A DNA stretch of 64,000 nucleotides from Promethearchaeota archaeon (lineage in GTDB: Archaea; Asgardarchaeota; Lokiarchaeia; Sigyniarchaeales; SOKP01), in contig JAEOTP010000043.1 of NCBI GenBank assembly GCA_016839765.1, positions 64,001 to 128,000 on the forward strand. Reading direction: 5' to 3'. The notes under the pieces were generated by a model that did not search any database, was not told the origin of the DNA, and was given only the letters and a program-made list of their open reading frames with translations. The position numbers were made by a program, and so were the translations under genes. Positions 19,614-29,277 of this stretch are shown piece by piece (position 1 is the first letter of the stretch; the number at the start of each line of letters is the position of its first letter).

Positions 19614-20822
19614 TTATCCCATCTTTTCAACTAATTTGTCAATTATACTTTTAAAATCCAAATCTTCTGGTCTTGGAACAAATTTTAACTCTATTTTTTC
19701 ATCCAAAACATCAATACCGGTGGTTTTCAGTTCTTTAATTATTTCTTTAACTGCCCCTCCACCCCAACCATAAGATCCAAAAGCCATACCTATTTTATTC
19801 ATAGGTTTTAATCCTCGTTGATAGCTTAAATACTCTGCAACTAAGGGATATAGACCATTGTTTAGTGTTGGGCTTCCTACTAAAATAGCTTTAGCTTTCA
19901 TTGCCTCAGTAATAACATCAGAGTAATCTGCATTTGTTAATCTAAATCTCTTTACTGTTATGCCTCTATGGCTGATCTCTTTAAATAATTCTTTAGCAAT
20001 TTTTTCAGTACTACCCCACATTGTATCATACACAATCAAGACACTTTTTCCATCAATTTCTCCTGCCGACCATTTTTTATATGCTTCCACAATTTTGCCG
20101 ATGTGGGTTCGCCAGCAAACTCCATGGGAAGGGCAAATAATATCAATAGGTAAGGCTCCAACTTTTGGTAATACTTTTGCTATAAGTCCCGATAAATGGA
20201 GCAAAATATTGGCATAATATTTCTCTGCTTCCCACATTATTTCAGAAATATCATTTTCATCATCCCATCGCATCGATGTAGCTAAATGTTGTCCAAAAGC
20301 ATCATTTGAAAATAAAATATTTTTTCCATTTTCATCTATCATAAAAGATACCATTGAATCAGGCCAATGAATCATAGGTATTGGTACAAATGCAAATTTC
20401 TTACCGTTTCCAATATCTAATGTATCACCTTCCTTGACTGCTCTAATCTTATCAAATACTTCAGATTCTACTTCTTCATGGAAGTGAAGTCTTAAATTAT
20501 CAACTCCTCTTGTTGAAGCGATAATTTCAGCATTCGGTAAATGCTTAAGTAAAAGGGGAAAAGAACCAGAATGATCCATCTCAACATGATTTATGATTAA
20601 ATAATCGATTTCTTTTGGATCACACACATCTTTTATGTTTTTTAAGTAGTATTCAAAATAAGGACGCTTTACTGTATCAATTAAGACTGTTTTATTCCCT
20701 GATTTAACTATATACGCATTATAGGAAGAACCTTTATGTGTTGAGTATCCATGGAAATTTCTAACTTCAAAATCGATATATCCAACGAAATTTACATCTT
20801 TCATTAATTCTAAATGTGTCAT
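19614..20822 (-). CDS. fprA: Flavodiiron protein (FprA, O2/NO reductase)
   Basis: NHVEMDHSG, HWPDSM, NDAFGQH, PSHG, TMWGST, GSYGWGG. Confidence 0.95.
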   Translation of the reverse strand: MTHLELMKDVNFVGYIDFEVRNFHGYSTHKGSSYNAYIVKSGNKTVLIDTVKRPYFEYYLKNIKDVCDPKEIDYLIINHVEMDHSGSFPLLLKHLPNAEIIASTRGVDNLRLHFHEEVESEVFDKIRAVKEGDTLDIGNGKKFAFVPIPMIHWPDSMVSFMIDENGKNILFSNDAFGQHLATSMRWDDENDISEIMWEAEKYYANILLHLSGLIAKVLPKVGALPIDIICPSHGVCWRTHIGKIVEAYKKWSAGEIDGKSVLIVYDTMWGSTEKIAKELFKEISHRGITVKRFRLTNADYSDVITEAMKAKAILVGSPTLNNGLYPLVAEYLSYQRGLKPMNKIGMAFGSYGWGGGAVKEIIKELKTTGIDVLDEKIELKFVPRPEDLDFKSIIDKLVEKMG

Positions 20823-21016
20823 TATTCAATTCATCAATTTTTTAGGATTTATTTTATTATCTATGTTTAGTTTCATCACGATTATAAATTTAATTTCTAT
20901 ATCTCATAAAAAGTTTTTAAGATTGAATTATTTGGATTATAAATTAATGAATTATGTTGTTTCTAAAAAAATTCCCCCTAAAAATTAAAAAAAAGAATTA
21001 GTATTAATGTATACTT

Positions 21017-21157
21017 TTAATCTGAGATTTTTGTGAAGAAACTCTTATCTACTCCACATACAGGGCATACCCAGTCATCAGGTAAATCCTCAAATTTAGT
21101 ACCTTCGGCATCTTCATCATATACATAGCCGCAAGCACCACATTCCCATTTTGCCAT
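21017..21157 (-). CDS. Rubredoxin (46 aa; absent from ORF track)
   Basis: Manual translation [46 protein letters not shown]; GAGGTTG RBS upstream. Confidence 0.95.
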   Translation of the reverse strand: MAKWECGACGYVYDEDAEGTKFEDLPDDWVCPVCGVDKSFFTKISD

Positions 21158-21275
21158 GGTATAAACAACCTCTTGTTATAAAAATTAATTTTAAATTGTT
21201 TGGATTTGTTAATCGAATATTTATTAAAAATATTAATTTAATATTTTATAAATACGAAACTATTCTGATTGTTGA

Positions 21276-22337
21276 ATGAGCTTAGATTCAAAAATAACTT
21301 CGAATAAAAATAAGGAAAACATAAAAGAATTCGACATTTTAAGAGGATTTGCTATAATATTTGTTGTTATAATCCATACTTTTGGTTTAGTTTATCACTA
21401 TAATGAAGGGATTGAATATCTTCTAACATATGGTATTATTTTCATTATAGCACAATCAGCTGTACCAATATTCCTTTTTATTTCTGGTTATTTTTTGCGT
21501 TTAAAATATGTAAATCAAAATTCTTTAAAATCAATTTTTAAATCTAGAGTTAAAAAAATAATTCTGCCGTATCTATTATTTTCAATAATTTATCTTTTAT
21601 ATAATAACTGGAGATTCAATCTAAATACGAATTTTTTAGAAGGGATTTATCAAATATTAACATTTTCTGTAGAATTTCATTTCTGGTTTCTTGGGTTATT
21701 AATTTCTTTTTATATATTCTTTCCGTTAATAAATAAATGTTTTGAAAAATTTAATAAGGTTAAGCTTTTAGCTGGCTCATTTATTTTACAAGTAATATGG
21801 GTTGTTCTTGAAATTAGCACATATAAACAATTTTTATTTAATCCAGATATGCAAGTATTAATTTTTTTTATTAAACACACTTTTATCTCTTATATCTTTT
21901 ATTTTATTTTAGGTATGTATTTTGCTGAGAATTATAACCAGATTGTGGATAAATTAAATAATAAGAAGAGACTTTTTATAGAAATACTAATTTTAATCCC
22001 TTCAATTTTGTTAAGCTATTATTATATCATGGATTTAGTATATTTTAAATTAATAACCTTGCCTTTAAGCATACTAGCAATATTGATTTTTTATAAAGTA
22101 AGTCTTTATTTGAAAGAAAGGAAAATAGGAAATTTACTTGGTTTTTTTGGAAGATATTCATATGGCATTTATTTAATCCACCCCTTAATCACTAGTTTGA
22201 TAGGACAAATATTTGAAATTGGAGCTCTGTTCTACTTAATATTGTTTATTAATGTATGTGTTTTTAGTTTATGCATAATTTACCTCATCAATCTTTTACC
22301 TTATAGTGAGATTTTAATAGGAAAAGTTAGGAAATAA
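21276..22337 (+). CDS. Acyltransferase-3 (OafA-like) membrane O-acyltransferase
   Basis: DILRGFAIIFVVIIH, AVPIFLFISGY, HFWFL, SYGIYLIHP; ~10 TM segments. Confidence 0.88.
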   Translation: MSLDSKITSNKNKENIKEFDILRGFAIIFVVIIHTFGLVYHYNEGIEYLLTYGIIFIIAQSAVPIFLFISGYFLRLKYVNQNSLKSIFKSRVKKIILPYLLFSIIYLLYNNWRFNLNTNFLEGIYQILTFSVEFHFWFLGLLISFYIFFPLINKCFEKFNKVKLLAGSFILQVIWVVLEISTYKQFLFNPDMQVLIFFIKHTFISYIFYFILGMYFAENYNQIVDKLNNKKRLFIEILILIPSILLSYYYIMDLVYFKLITLPLSILAILIFYKVSLYLKERKIGNLLGFFGRYSYGIYLIHPLITSLIGQIFEIGALFYLILFINVCVFSLCIIYLINLLPYSEILIGKVRK

Positions 22338-22385
22338 CTCCTTAAATCCTATTTTAAATCCTATTTTAAATAAAAATCTTATGTA

Positions 22386-22529
22386 TTATTCCAAGTCCTT
22401 TTTAATAAAAAAATTCTTAGATGAACGACACTTCGGACATCGATAATTATTTTCTAATTTTTCAAAAGGAATCTCTTTCTCTCCATTAATATATAAATAA
22501 TTGCATCTTTTACAGCGATATATTGTCAT
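22386..22529 (-). CDS. Basic rubredoxin-like protein (47 aa; absent from ORF track)
   Basis: Manual translation MTIYRCKRCNYLYINGEKEIPFEKLENNYRCPKCRSSKNFFIKKDLE; 10 bp downstream of the reductase gene. Confidence 0.8.
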   Translation of the reverse strand: MTIYRCKRCNYLYINGEKEIPFEKLENNYRCPKCRSSKNFFIKKDLE

Positions 22530-22539
22530 AATTTAAGCC

Positions 22540-23880
22540 TCAATTTTTAATAAATTCATCTTTAGAACCACCACATCCCACACATTTGAAATCAGCTGCT
22601 AAATCTTTGAACAAAACTTCCATTTCTGTCTCATCATATTCCCATCCACAACTAGGACACCTCCAAATATACAATTCAAGTAACTCTTTCATCATATCTT
22701 TATTAATTTCTTTGTTCATATTTTGACTTACAAAACTGAGATTTTTACTCTCCCCAAATAAAATCGCACCCTTTAGTTTATTATCTTTTAGTACAATCTT
22801 CTGATAACAACAATCTTTCTTATCAGCTTTTCTTAAAATTTCCCAAGCTCCGCTTTCTTCTTCAGGAGGGTTAATTTGTCCGATTGAAGTTAAATTAATT
22901 CCTACAATTTTTAGGGTATTTTTGGGAGTTGTGCCACTATACTTTATCTTTTCTTTTCCTAGAATGTAAGAAGCTAATATCTTAGATTGCTCAACACATG
23001 CGGGAATAATACCGTAGATTTGATTATTATATTCTATACAATCTCCTAATGCAAATATATCTTCCATACTAGTTTCTAGGAACTGATTTACTACTATGCC
23101 TCTATTTGTATTAATTCCCGCATCTTTAGCAATATCAATTGTTGGTCTTATGCCTGCTTGAATTAACACTATCTCACTTTTAAAAATTCTGCCATCCTTT
23201 AATTTAATTCCCTCAACTTCCCCATTTATTAAAATTTCTTCCGTTTCTGCACCTAATACAACTTTAATACCCATTTTCTCTATTTCTGCCTTAAGCATTT
23301 CTCCACATTCAGTATCTAATTGACGTGGTAAAAGGCGTGGAAAAAATTCTACAACTGTAGTATCTAAATTACAATCTTTTATTTGACGAGCTAATTCTAG
23401 TCCTAATAATCCGCCTCCTATGATAATAGCCCTTTTTACTTCGTTTCCTTTAATATATTCTCTGATATTTAAAGCATCATCAATAGATCTTAAAGTAAAG
23501 ACCCCCTTTCCAACCATACTAACAGCATTTTTAATAGAGGATGGTATGTTTGGGATACTACCCAGAGCAAGAACTAATTTATCATATGATACTGGTTCTT
23601 TTCCGCTTTCAATAATTAGTTCTTTCTCACTAGGTTTAATTTCAACGATTTTTTTTCCCAAATAAGAATCAATTCTGTTATTTGTATACCAATCCTCATT
23701 ATAAACTATTAAATCTTTTATTTTTATTTTTCCGGGAATAAGTTCTGGCGTTTTTATTCTCCAATAATAGGGATAGGGTTCTTGAGAATAAATATCAAGT
23801 TCAACTTCTTTATCTAAAGCTCTGATATTTTGAGCAGTGAAAATCCCAGCAATCCCGTTTCCAACAATGACAATTTTCAT
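22540..23880 (-). CDS. NAD(P)H:rubredoxin oxidoreductase with C-terminal rubredoxin domain
   Basis: GNGIAG, GGGLLGLE, ALGDC; C-terminal WRCPSCGWEYD...FKCVGCG. Confidence 0.88.
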   Translation of the reverse strand: MKIVIVGNGIAGIFTAQNIRALDKEVELDIYSQEPYPYYWRIKTPELIPGKIKIKDLIVYNEDWYTNNRIDSYLGKKIVEIKPSEKELIIESGKEPVSYDKLVLALGSIPNIPSSIKNAVSMVGKGVFTLRSIDDALNIREYIKGNEVKRAIIIGGGLLGLELARQIKDCNLDTTVVEFFPRLLPRQLDTECGEMLKAEIEKMGIKVVLGAETEEILINGEVEGIKLKDGRIFKSEIVLIQAGIRPTIDIAKDAGINTNRGIVVNQFLETSMEDIFALGDCIEYNNQIYGIIPACVEQSKILASYILGKEKIKYSGTTPKNTLKIVGINLTSIGQINPPEEESGAWEILRKADKKDCCYQKIVLKDNKLKGAILFGESKNLSFVSQNMNKEINKDMMKELLELYIWRCPSCGWEYDETEMEVLFKDLAADFKCVGCGGSKDEFIKN

Positions 23881-23970
23881 AGAATTAATAGGTTATTCAC
23901 CGTATTTTAAACTTATTATTATAGGTTGAAAATTCTTCATGCTTCAATTTAATTTTCAATTTTTAATTTC

Positions 23971-23990
23971 AATTAGAACATGTTCTAATT
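23971..23990. promoter_or_regulatory. Perfect 20-bp palindrome AATTAGAACATGTTCTAATT, candidate operator
   Basis: Sits between divergent reductase and cooS genes; core recurs at 26085 and 27687. Confidence 0.7.
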
Positions 23991-24091
23991 TAATTTTAAA
24001 TCAAAGCGAACATTTGTTATGTTTAGTTTATAAGAACCAAATTTATTAATTAAATTATCTTAAAAAACAAAACAAAAAGAGGTTATGAATC

Positions 24092-25996
24092 ATGGAAGGA
24101 GAAAGAATTTCTTATCATAAATCTGTTCAAAAAGTATATGAACGCATAAAAAATGATGGAATGGTTAGTATTTGGGATCGCTTTGAAGCACAAGGATTTG
24201 GAGGAAATCCTGATAAACGATGTCCATTTTGTCTAAAAGGTGCTCGCTGTGATTTATGCTCTAATGGCCCTTGTCGCGCTGATGCTTCTATTGATAAAAG
24301 GGGAGTATGTGGAATTACTGCAGATGGAATGGCCATGCGAATGATGCTTCTTAGAAATGTAATGGGAACTTCAACCTATCATTATCATACCGAAACTACT
24401 CTAAGAACATTAAAGGCTACAATTGAGGGAAAAACCCCTTTTAAAATAAGTGAACCTGAAAAGTTAAAAAATTTTGCAAATCGTCTTGGAATTGATACTT
24501 CTGGTGATATTAACCAGATTGCGTTGAGATTACATAATTTTGTTAAAGAAGATTTTAATCGCTCTTATATCGAACCAAGTAAAATTGTGGAAGCCTTAGC
24601 TCCAAAAGAAAGGCAAGAAGTATGGAGAAAATTGGGTATATTTCCGGGCGGCGTTTACGGAGAAATGATGTTTTCGACAAGCTCATGTTTAACTAACGTA
24701 GATGGTTATTATGCTAGTCTTGCCTTGAAAGCCATGCGTTTAGGAATAGCTATGGCATATCAAAGTCAAATTGTGAATGAATTCATCCAAGACATTTTAT
24801 TTAACGTTCCGAGACCCCATAAAATGCGGGTAAATCTAGGAGTGTTAGATCCTGATTATGTTAACATCTTACCTAATGGTCATGAACCATTCTTAGGATT
24901 TGCCATGGTTCAATTAGCACGTAAACCCGAATGGCAAGAAAAAGCGAAGTCTGTGGGCGCAAAAGGATTAAGAATTATAGCTAATATAGAAACTGGTCAG
25001 GAGATGATCCAAAGATGGGAAATGGATGATGTATTTTATGGTTTTACTGGAAATTGGATTATGCAGGAAGCAGTTTTTGCAAGTGGATGCATTGATGCAT
25101 TTGTTTGTGATATGAATTGTTGTATGCCTATTGATCCTCTATATGCAGAAAAGTACAAATTCAAATTAATCCCTGTATCAGAGGTGGTTGTTTTTGAGGG
25201 AGTTGATGAAAGAGTTGATTATATTCCAGAAAAAGCAGAGGAACAAGCAGCTAAATTACTTCAAATGGCAATAGATAACTTTAAAGAACGACGTGCTGAT
25301 ATTGAGCCTGTTACTGGACTCGATATCAATGAAGCTGTGGTTGGATTTTCTGCTGAAAGCATATTGGAAGCATTAGGAGGCACACTTGAACCATTATTGG
25401 ATGCTATTAAAGATGGAACAATCAGAGGGATTGCAGGATTAGTATCTTGCACAACTCTTCGTGATAATGGTCAAGATGTCCATACTATTGATATTGCAAA
25501 AGAATTAATAAAGAGAGATGTTTTAGTGTTATCAATGGGATGTGGAAACGGCGGACTCCAAGTTGCTGGTTTATGCTCACCAGAAGCAAGGGAGTTAGCA
25601 GGACCAGGACTTAAAGCTCTTTGCGAAAAACTCGGCACTCCACCAGTTTTAAGTTATGGAACTTGTACAGATACCGGTCGCGTGGCAGATCTTGTTGCAG
25701 CGGTGTCAAATGCCTTAGGAGGTGTTCCAATCCCCGATTTACCCGTTGTTGCTGTTGCACCAGAATATATGGAGCAAAAGGCTACGATTGATGCTATTTT
25801 TGCCTTAGCATTTGGACTTTACACTTATGTTAATCCGGTTCCTACAGTTACAGGAGGTCCGGACTTAGTTAAACTCTTAACTATAGATTGTAAAGATATA
25901 ACTGGCGGTATATTACACGTTGAAACTGATACGAAAGAGGCTGTTGATGCTATGTTAGAGCATATCGAATCAAATAGGAGAAAACTCGGAATTTAA
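24092..25996 (+). CDS. cooS: CooS-family (Ni-CODH/HCP superfamily) protein, CooS-V-like
   Basis: CPFC...CDLCSNGPC...VCG; NGHEP; DMNC; SCTT; MGCG; GTCTD; EQKA; IETG instead of the usual CCTG. Confidence 0.9.
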   Translation: MEGERISYHKSVQKVYERIKNDGMVSIWDRFEAQGFGGNPDKRCPFCLKGARCDLCSNGPCRADASIDKRGVCGITADGMAMRMMLLRNVMGTSTYHYHTETTLRTLKATIEGKTPFKISEPEKLKNFANRLGIDTSGDINQIALRLHNFVKEDFNRSYIEPSKIVEALAPKERQEVWRKLGIFPGGVYGEMMFSTSSCLTNVDGYYASLALKAMRLGIAMAYQSQIVNEFIQDILFNVPRPHKMRVNLGVLDPDYVNILPNGHEPFLGFAMVQLARKPEWQEKAKSVGAKGLRIIANIETGQEMIQRWEMDDVFYGFTGNWIMQEAVFASGCIDAFVCDMNCCMPIDPLYAEKYKFKLIPVSEVVVFEGVDERVDYIPEKAEEQAAKLLQMAIDNFKERRADIEPVTGLDINEAVVGFSAESILEALGGTLEPLLDAIKDGTIRGIAGLVSCTTLRDNGQDVHTIDIAKELIKRDVLVLSMGCGNGGLQVAGLCSPEARELAGPGLKALCEKLGTPPVLSYGTCTDTGRVADLVAAVSNALGGVPIPDLPVVAVAPEYMEQKATIDAIFALAFGLYTYVNPVPTVTGGPDLVKLLTIDCKDITGGILHVETDTKEAVDAMLEHIESNRRKLGI

Positions 25997-26081
25997 AATT
26001 CTTTTTTTTTATTTCTTTTTTCATTTTTATCTAATACAATAATCATTTACAAAATCATCAACTTTTTTTTGGATGTAGATT

Positions 26082-26120
26082 TTCGAATATGTTCGAATTT
26101 AGTGTTCGAATTTTTGAACA
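26082..26120. promoter_or_regulatory. Degenerate copies of the GAACATGTTC motif (TTCGAATATGTTCGAA; TGTTCGAATTTTTGAACA)
   Basis: Near-palindromes upstream of the TATA-like element of the beta-helix gene. Confidence 0.55.
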
Positions 26121-26177
26121 GAATGCGTTAAGAATAGTATTAAAAAGTAGGAAATAAAAGAATTATTTAGAGAAAAA

Positions 26178-27638
26178 ATGAAAAAGAAATCCAAAACACA
26201 TATTATAATTTTTATGACATTAATAAATCTTTTCGCTTTATCGTCTCTAATTATTAATTATAATCTCACTTTTAATGTGGGAAATGGTGGTAGTAGTTCA
26301 GAATATTACGATAAAGCTAATTTAGATAATGAAAGTTTAAAGCTCTCAAAAATATCGGGAAACATTCATATCATCAATAATTCAGGGTGGGCAGATTTCA
26401 GAAACGATGGAAATTGTACGGGTTCAGGCACGTATTCCGATCCTTATGTAATTAAAGATTTGGTAATCGATGGCGGAGGTTCGGGAAGTTGCATCTTAAT
26501 TGAGAATTCTAACGTATATTTTAGAATTGAAAATTGTACTCTTTACAATTCGGCAGGTGAATTCCCTAATGCGGGAATCCGATTATCAAATGTTGATAAT
26601 TCTCAATTAATTAATAACAATTGCTCATTTAATTACTATGGGATATATTTAAAAGAAAGTAAAAATAATCAGATTTCAGGAAACACTGCAAATAATAATG
26701 GTTATGGGATAGAAATAGCTTGGAGTAATTACAACATGGTTTCAGGAAATATAGCAAATAACAATTATGATGGGATAGGTTTAGTAATAAGGTTGAGTAA
26801 TTATAACACCATTTCGGGAAACACCGCTAAATACAACAGGACGGGGATATGGGTATTAGACAGTAATAAAAACAACATTTCAGGAAACGATGTAAATTTC
26901 AACAGCTATAATGGCATTTTTTTATATCGTAGTGATAATAACGAGATTTCAGGAAACACCGCAAATAACAATGATTATGGGATACGAATAGAATTTTGTA
27001 ATAATAATCAGATTTCGGAAAATATAGCAAGTCACAATAATGATTATGGGATATATTTAGAAAATAGTGATGATAATCAGATTTCGGGAAACAATGCAAG
27101 CTACAACGCTGATGATGGAATAAAATTAGAGCATGGTAATAATAACATCATTTCGGGAAACACCGTAAATAACGATTATGATACTGGGATACTTTTATTT
27201 TTTAGTAGCAACAACATCATTTCGGGAAACACCGCAAATAACAACGGCAAGGATGGGATATATTTATCTCTTAGCGATTATAATACGGCTTCGGAAAATA
27301 GTGTAACTAACAACACCACTGGGATATATTTATCTCTTAGCGATTATAATACGGCTTTGGAAAATAGTGTAACTAACAACACCACTGGGATATATTTAAG
27401 GGAAAGTAATAATAATATTGTTTCAGGAAATAAATTAACTGGAAATGATGAATGCATCGTAGAAGAAAATTGTCAAGGAAACAAATTTAGTGGTAATGGT
27501 GATTGCATTTATGGTCAAGGTGATGGTGAAGGATTTCCTTTAGAATTGATTATAATAATCTCGATTATCAGCGGAGGGGCAGTTATTGGCGTAGCAACCC
27601 TCCTGTTAATAAGACGCAAAAAAATTAGGAAAAAATAA
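26178..27638 (+). CDS. Surface protein with NosD/CASH right-handed parallel beta-helix repeats
   Basis: Many GIxLxxSxxNxISGNTANNN repeats; N-terminal signal/anchor; C-terminal TM plus RRKK tail. Confidence 0.88.
   Translation: MKKKSKTHIIIFMTLINLFALSSLIINYNLTFNVGNGGSSSEYYDKANLDNESLKLSKISGNIHIINNSGWADFRNDGNCTGSGTYSDPYVIKDLVIDGGGSGSCILIENSNVYFRIENCTLYNSAGEFPNAGIRLSNVDNSQLINNNCSFNYYGIYLKESKNNQISGNTANNNGYGIEIAWSNYNMVSGNIANNNYDGIGLVIRLSNYNTISGNTAKYNRTGIWVLDSNKNNISGNDVNFNSYNGIFLYRSDNNEISGNTANNNDYGIRIEFCNNNQISENIASHNNDYGIYLENSDDNQISGNNASYNADDGIKLEHGNNNIISGNTVNNDYDTGILLFFSSNNIISGNTANNNGKDGIYLSLSDYNTASENSVTNNTTGIYLSLSDYNTALENSVTNNTTGIYLRESNNNIVSGNKLTGNDECIVEENCQGNKFSGNGDCIYGQGDGEGFPLELIIIISIISGGAVIGVATLLLIRRKKIRKK
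27255..27398 (+). repeat. 66-bp tandem duplication (2 copies plus partial) in the beta-helix gene
   Basis: GIYLSLSDYNTA(S/L)ENSVTNNTT twice; copies differ at one base (TCG/TTG). Confidence 0.9.
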
Positions 27639-27684
27639 CTTTTTTTTAAAGATTGGTTGCTCATATAAGAAACTAATATATCTC

Positions 27685-27698
27685 TTGAACATGTTCGA
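27685..27698. promoter_or_regulatory. TTGAACATGTTCGA palindromic site upstream of the ferredoxin gene TATA box
   Basis: Same GAACATGTTC core as 23976-23985; core ends ~11 bp before TATATAA (27708). Confidence 0.65.
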
Positions 27699-27735
27699 AA
27701 TTAAAAATATATAATCACTTCCATTTTTTTTAAAC

Positions 27736-28521
27736 ATGACTGAAGTAAAACAACATAAATTAATAAAACGAAAAATTATCAAGATCGATGAAGATCTTTG
27801 TACAGGATGCGGTAATTGTGTCCTAGATTGTGCAGAGGGAGCTTTAAAAGTAATCGATGGAAAGGCTAGGGTTATAAATGAAGTTTTCTGTGATGGTCTG
27901 GGTGCGTGCATTTCTGGTTGTCCTGAGGGCGCGCTTGAAATAATCGAACGAGAGGCTCTGGAGTTTGATGAGGAGGCTGTTGAGAAACATTTAGAGACTA
28001 TGAAACATAACGAAAAAGTTGAAACAGACCAATTGAAAAAAATTGTTGCTGAACATGCTCATCAATGCGGTTGTCCTTCAGCTCAAACGATGGTATTCAG
28101 TGAGCCAGAAACTAACTCAGAAGTAACAGGAAAGATTTCCTCAGCTCTACGGCAATGGCCTGTTCAAATGCATTTAATCAATCCACGAGCTCCATATTAT
28201 CAAGGGGCGGATGTATTATTATCAGCGGATTGTGTTGGTTTTTCCTATGGTGATTTTCATAGAGACTTCTTAAAGCAAAAATCGATTGCGATTGCTTGCC
28301 CTAAACTTGATCAAGGTAAAGAGATTTATATTGAAAAAATTAAATCATTGATTGATGACGCTAAAATAAACACCCTTACCGTTGCGATTATGGAAGTTCC
28401 TTGTTGTTCAGGCTTATTAGCTTTAGCTCAAGAAGGTGCTAAACGAGCAACCAGAAAGGTTCCTATCAAATATATTGTTGTAGGCGTCCAAGGGGATATT
28501 TTAAAAGAAGAATGGATATAA
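27736..28521 (+). CDS. 4Fe-4S dicluster ferredoxin-domain protein with Cys-rich C-terminal domain
   Basis: CTGCGNCVLDC, CDGLGACISGCP, CGCP, QWPVQ, ADC, ACPKLD, MEVPCC. Confidence 0.88.
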   Translation: MTEVKQHKLIKRKIIKIDEDLCTGCGNCVLDCAEGALKVIDGKARVINEVFCDGLGACISGCPEGALEIIEREALEFDEEAVEKHLETMKHNEKVETDQLKKIVAEHAHQCGCPSAQTMVFSEPETNSEVTGKISSALRQWPVQMHLINPRAPYYQGADVLLSADCVGFSYGDFHRDFLKQKSIAIACPKLDQGKEIYIEKIKSLIDDAKINTLTVAIMEVPCCSGLLALAQEGAKRATRKVPIKYIVVGVQGDILKEEWI

Positions 28522-28538
28522 TTTTTCTATTATTTTTT

Positions 28539-29192
28539 TTAAGATTGAAACATAACTTTTTTTTTAATAATTTTTCTTAACATAACTGATAAAGCAGATT
28601 TTGATTTGCCCAATTTATTAGCTAGTTCTTCTAATGATATTTTTCGAGGGATTTCAAAAAACCCTAAGCTTAGAGCTTTATCCAGAATTTGGGATTCTTC
28701 CAAACTTAATTTATATCTTTCATCATCAAGATCATAAGGGGCTTTTCCAATTCTCAATAAATCATAAGAAATATTTTTTTCTTCAAAGAGCGTTAACAAT
28801 TTATCAATTCTCTCTCTGCTCGAAATTAGCCTCCAGTAAGCATATCCTTCTTTGACTCTAACTGGAAAATTAACCAGTACCCCACATTGAATTACAGCAT
28901 ATAATAAGTAGGGATCCTTTGTTTTTACATTAATTCTAACTTTGGTTTCTTCCTTTTCTAAAATACCAAATTCGAAAACTGAGGCATGATTTTTAATTTT
29001 TTCTATAATAGAGTCTATATTATAATGCATGATCTCAATTATTGCATTTCCGATTGACTTTTCAAGATCGTATGGTAAAAAATATTCAATTTCCATTCTA
29101 ACGTCCTGAAAATTATTGAAAATATCTGCGAACCACAGGTCTTTCGGAAATTTAATTTTGATTCTTGCTAAACTTGTTTTGCTTGAATCCAT
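28539..29192 (-). CDS. Bat/HTH-10 family archaeal transcriptional regulator
   Basis: C-terminal ALSLGFFEIPRKISLEELANKLGKSKSALSVMLRK. Confidence 0.85.
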   Translation of the reverse strand: MDSSKTSLARIKIKFPKDLWFADIFNNFQDVRMEIEYFLPYDLEKSIGNAIIEIMHYNIDSIIEKIKNHASVFEFGILEKEETKVRINVKTKDPYLLYAVIQCGVLVNFPVRVKEGYAYWRLISSRERIDKLLTLFEEKNISYDLLRIGKAPYDLDDERYKLSLEESQILDKALSLGFFEIPRKISLEELANKLGKSKSALSVMLRKIIKKKVMFQS

Positions 29193-29277
29193 TGAAGGTG
29201 GTAGTCTTGAAGAATTTAAAATATTTTTTAGAAATAATTGGTAATTATAAATAAGAAATAAAAATAGTAATATTATT

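Noticed and set aside
23971-27698. LexA/SOS box
   Set aside because: Spacing is GAAC-N2-GTTC, not GAAC-N4-GTTC, and the context is archaeal redox genes
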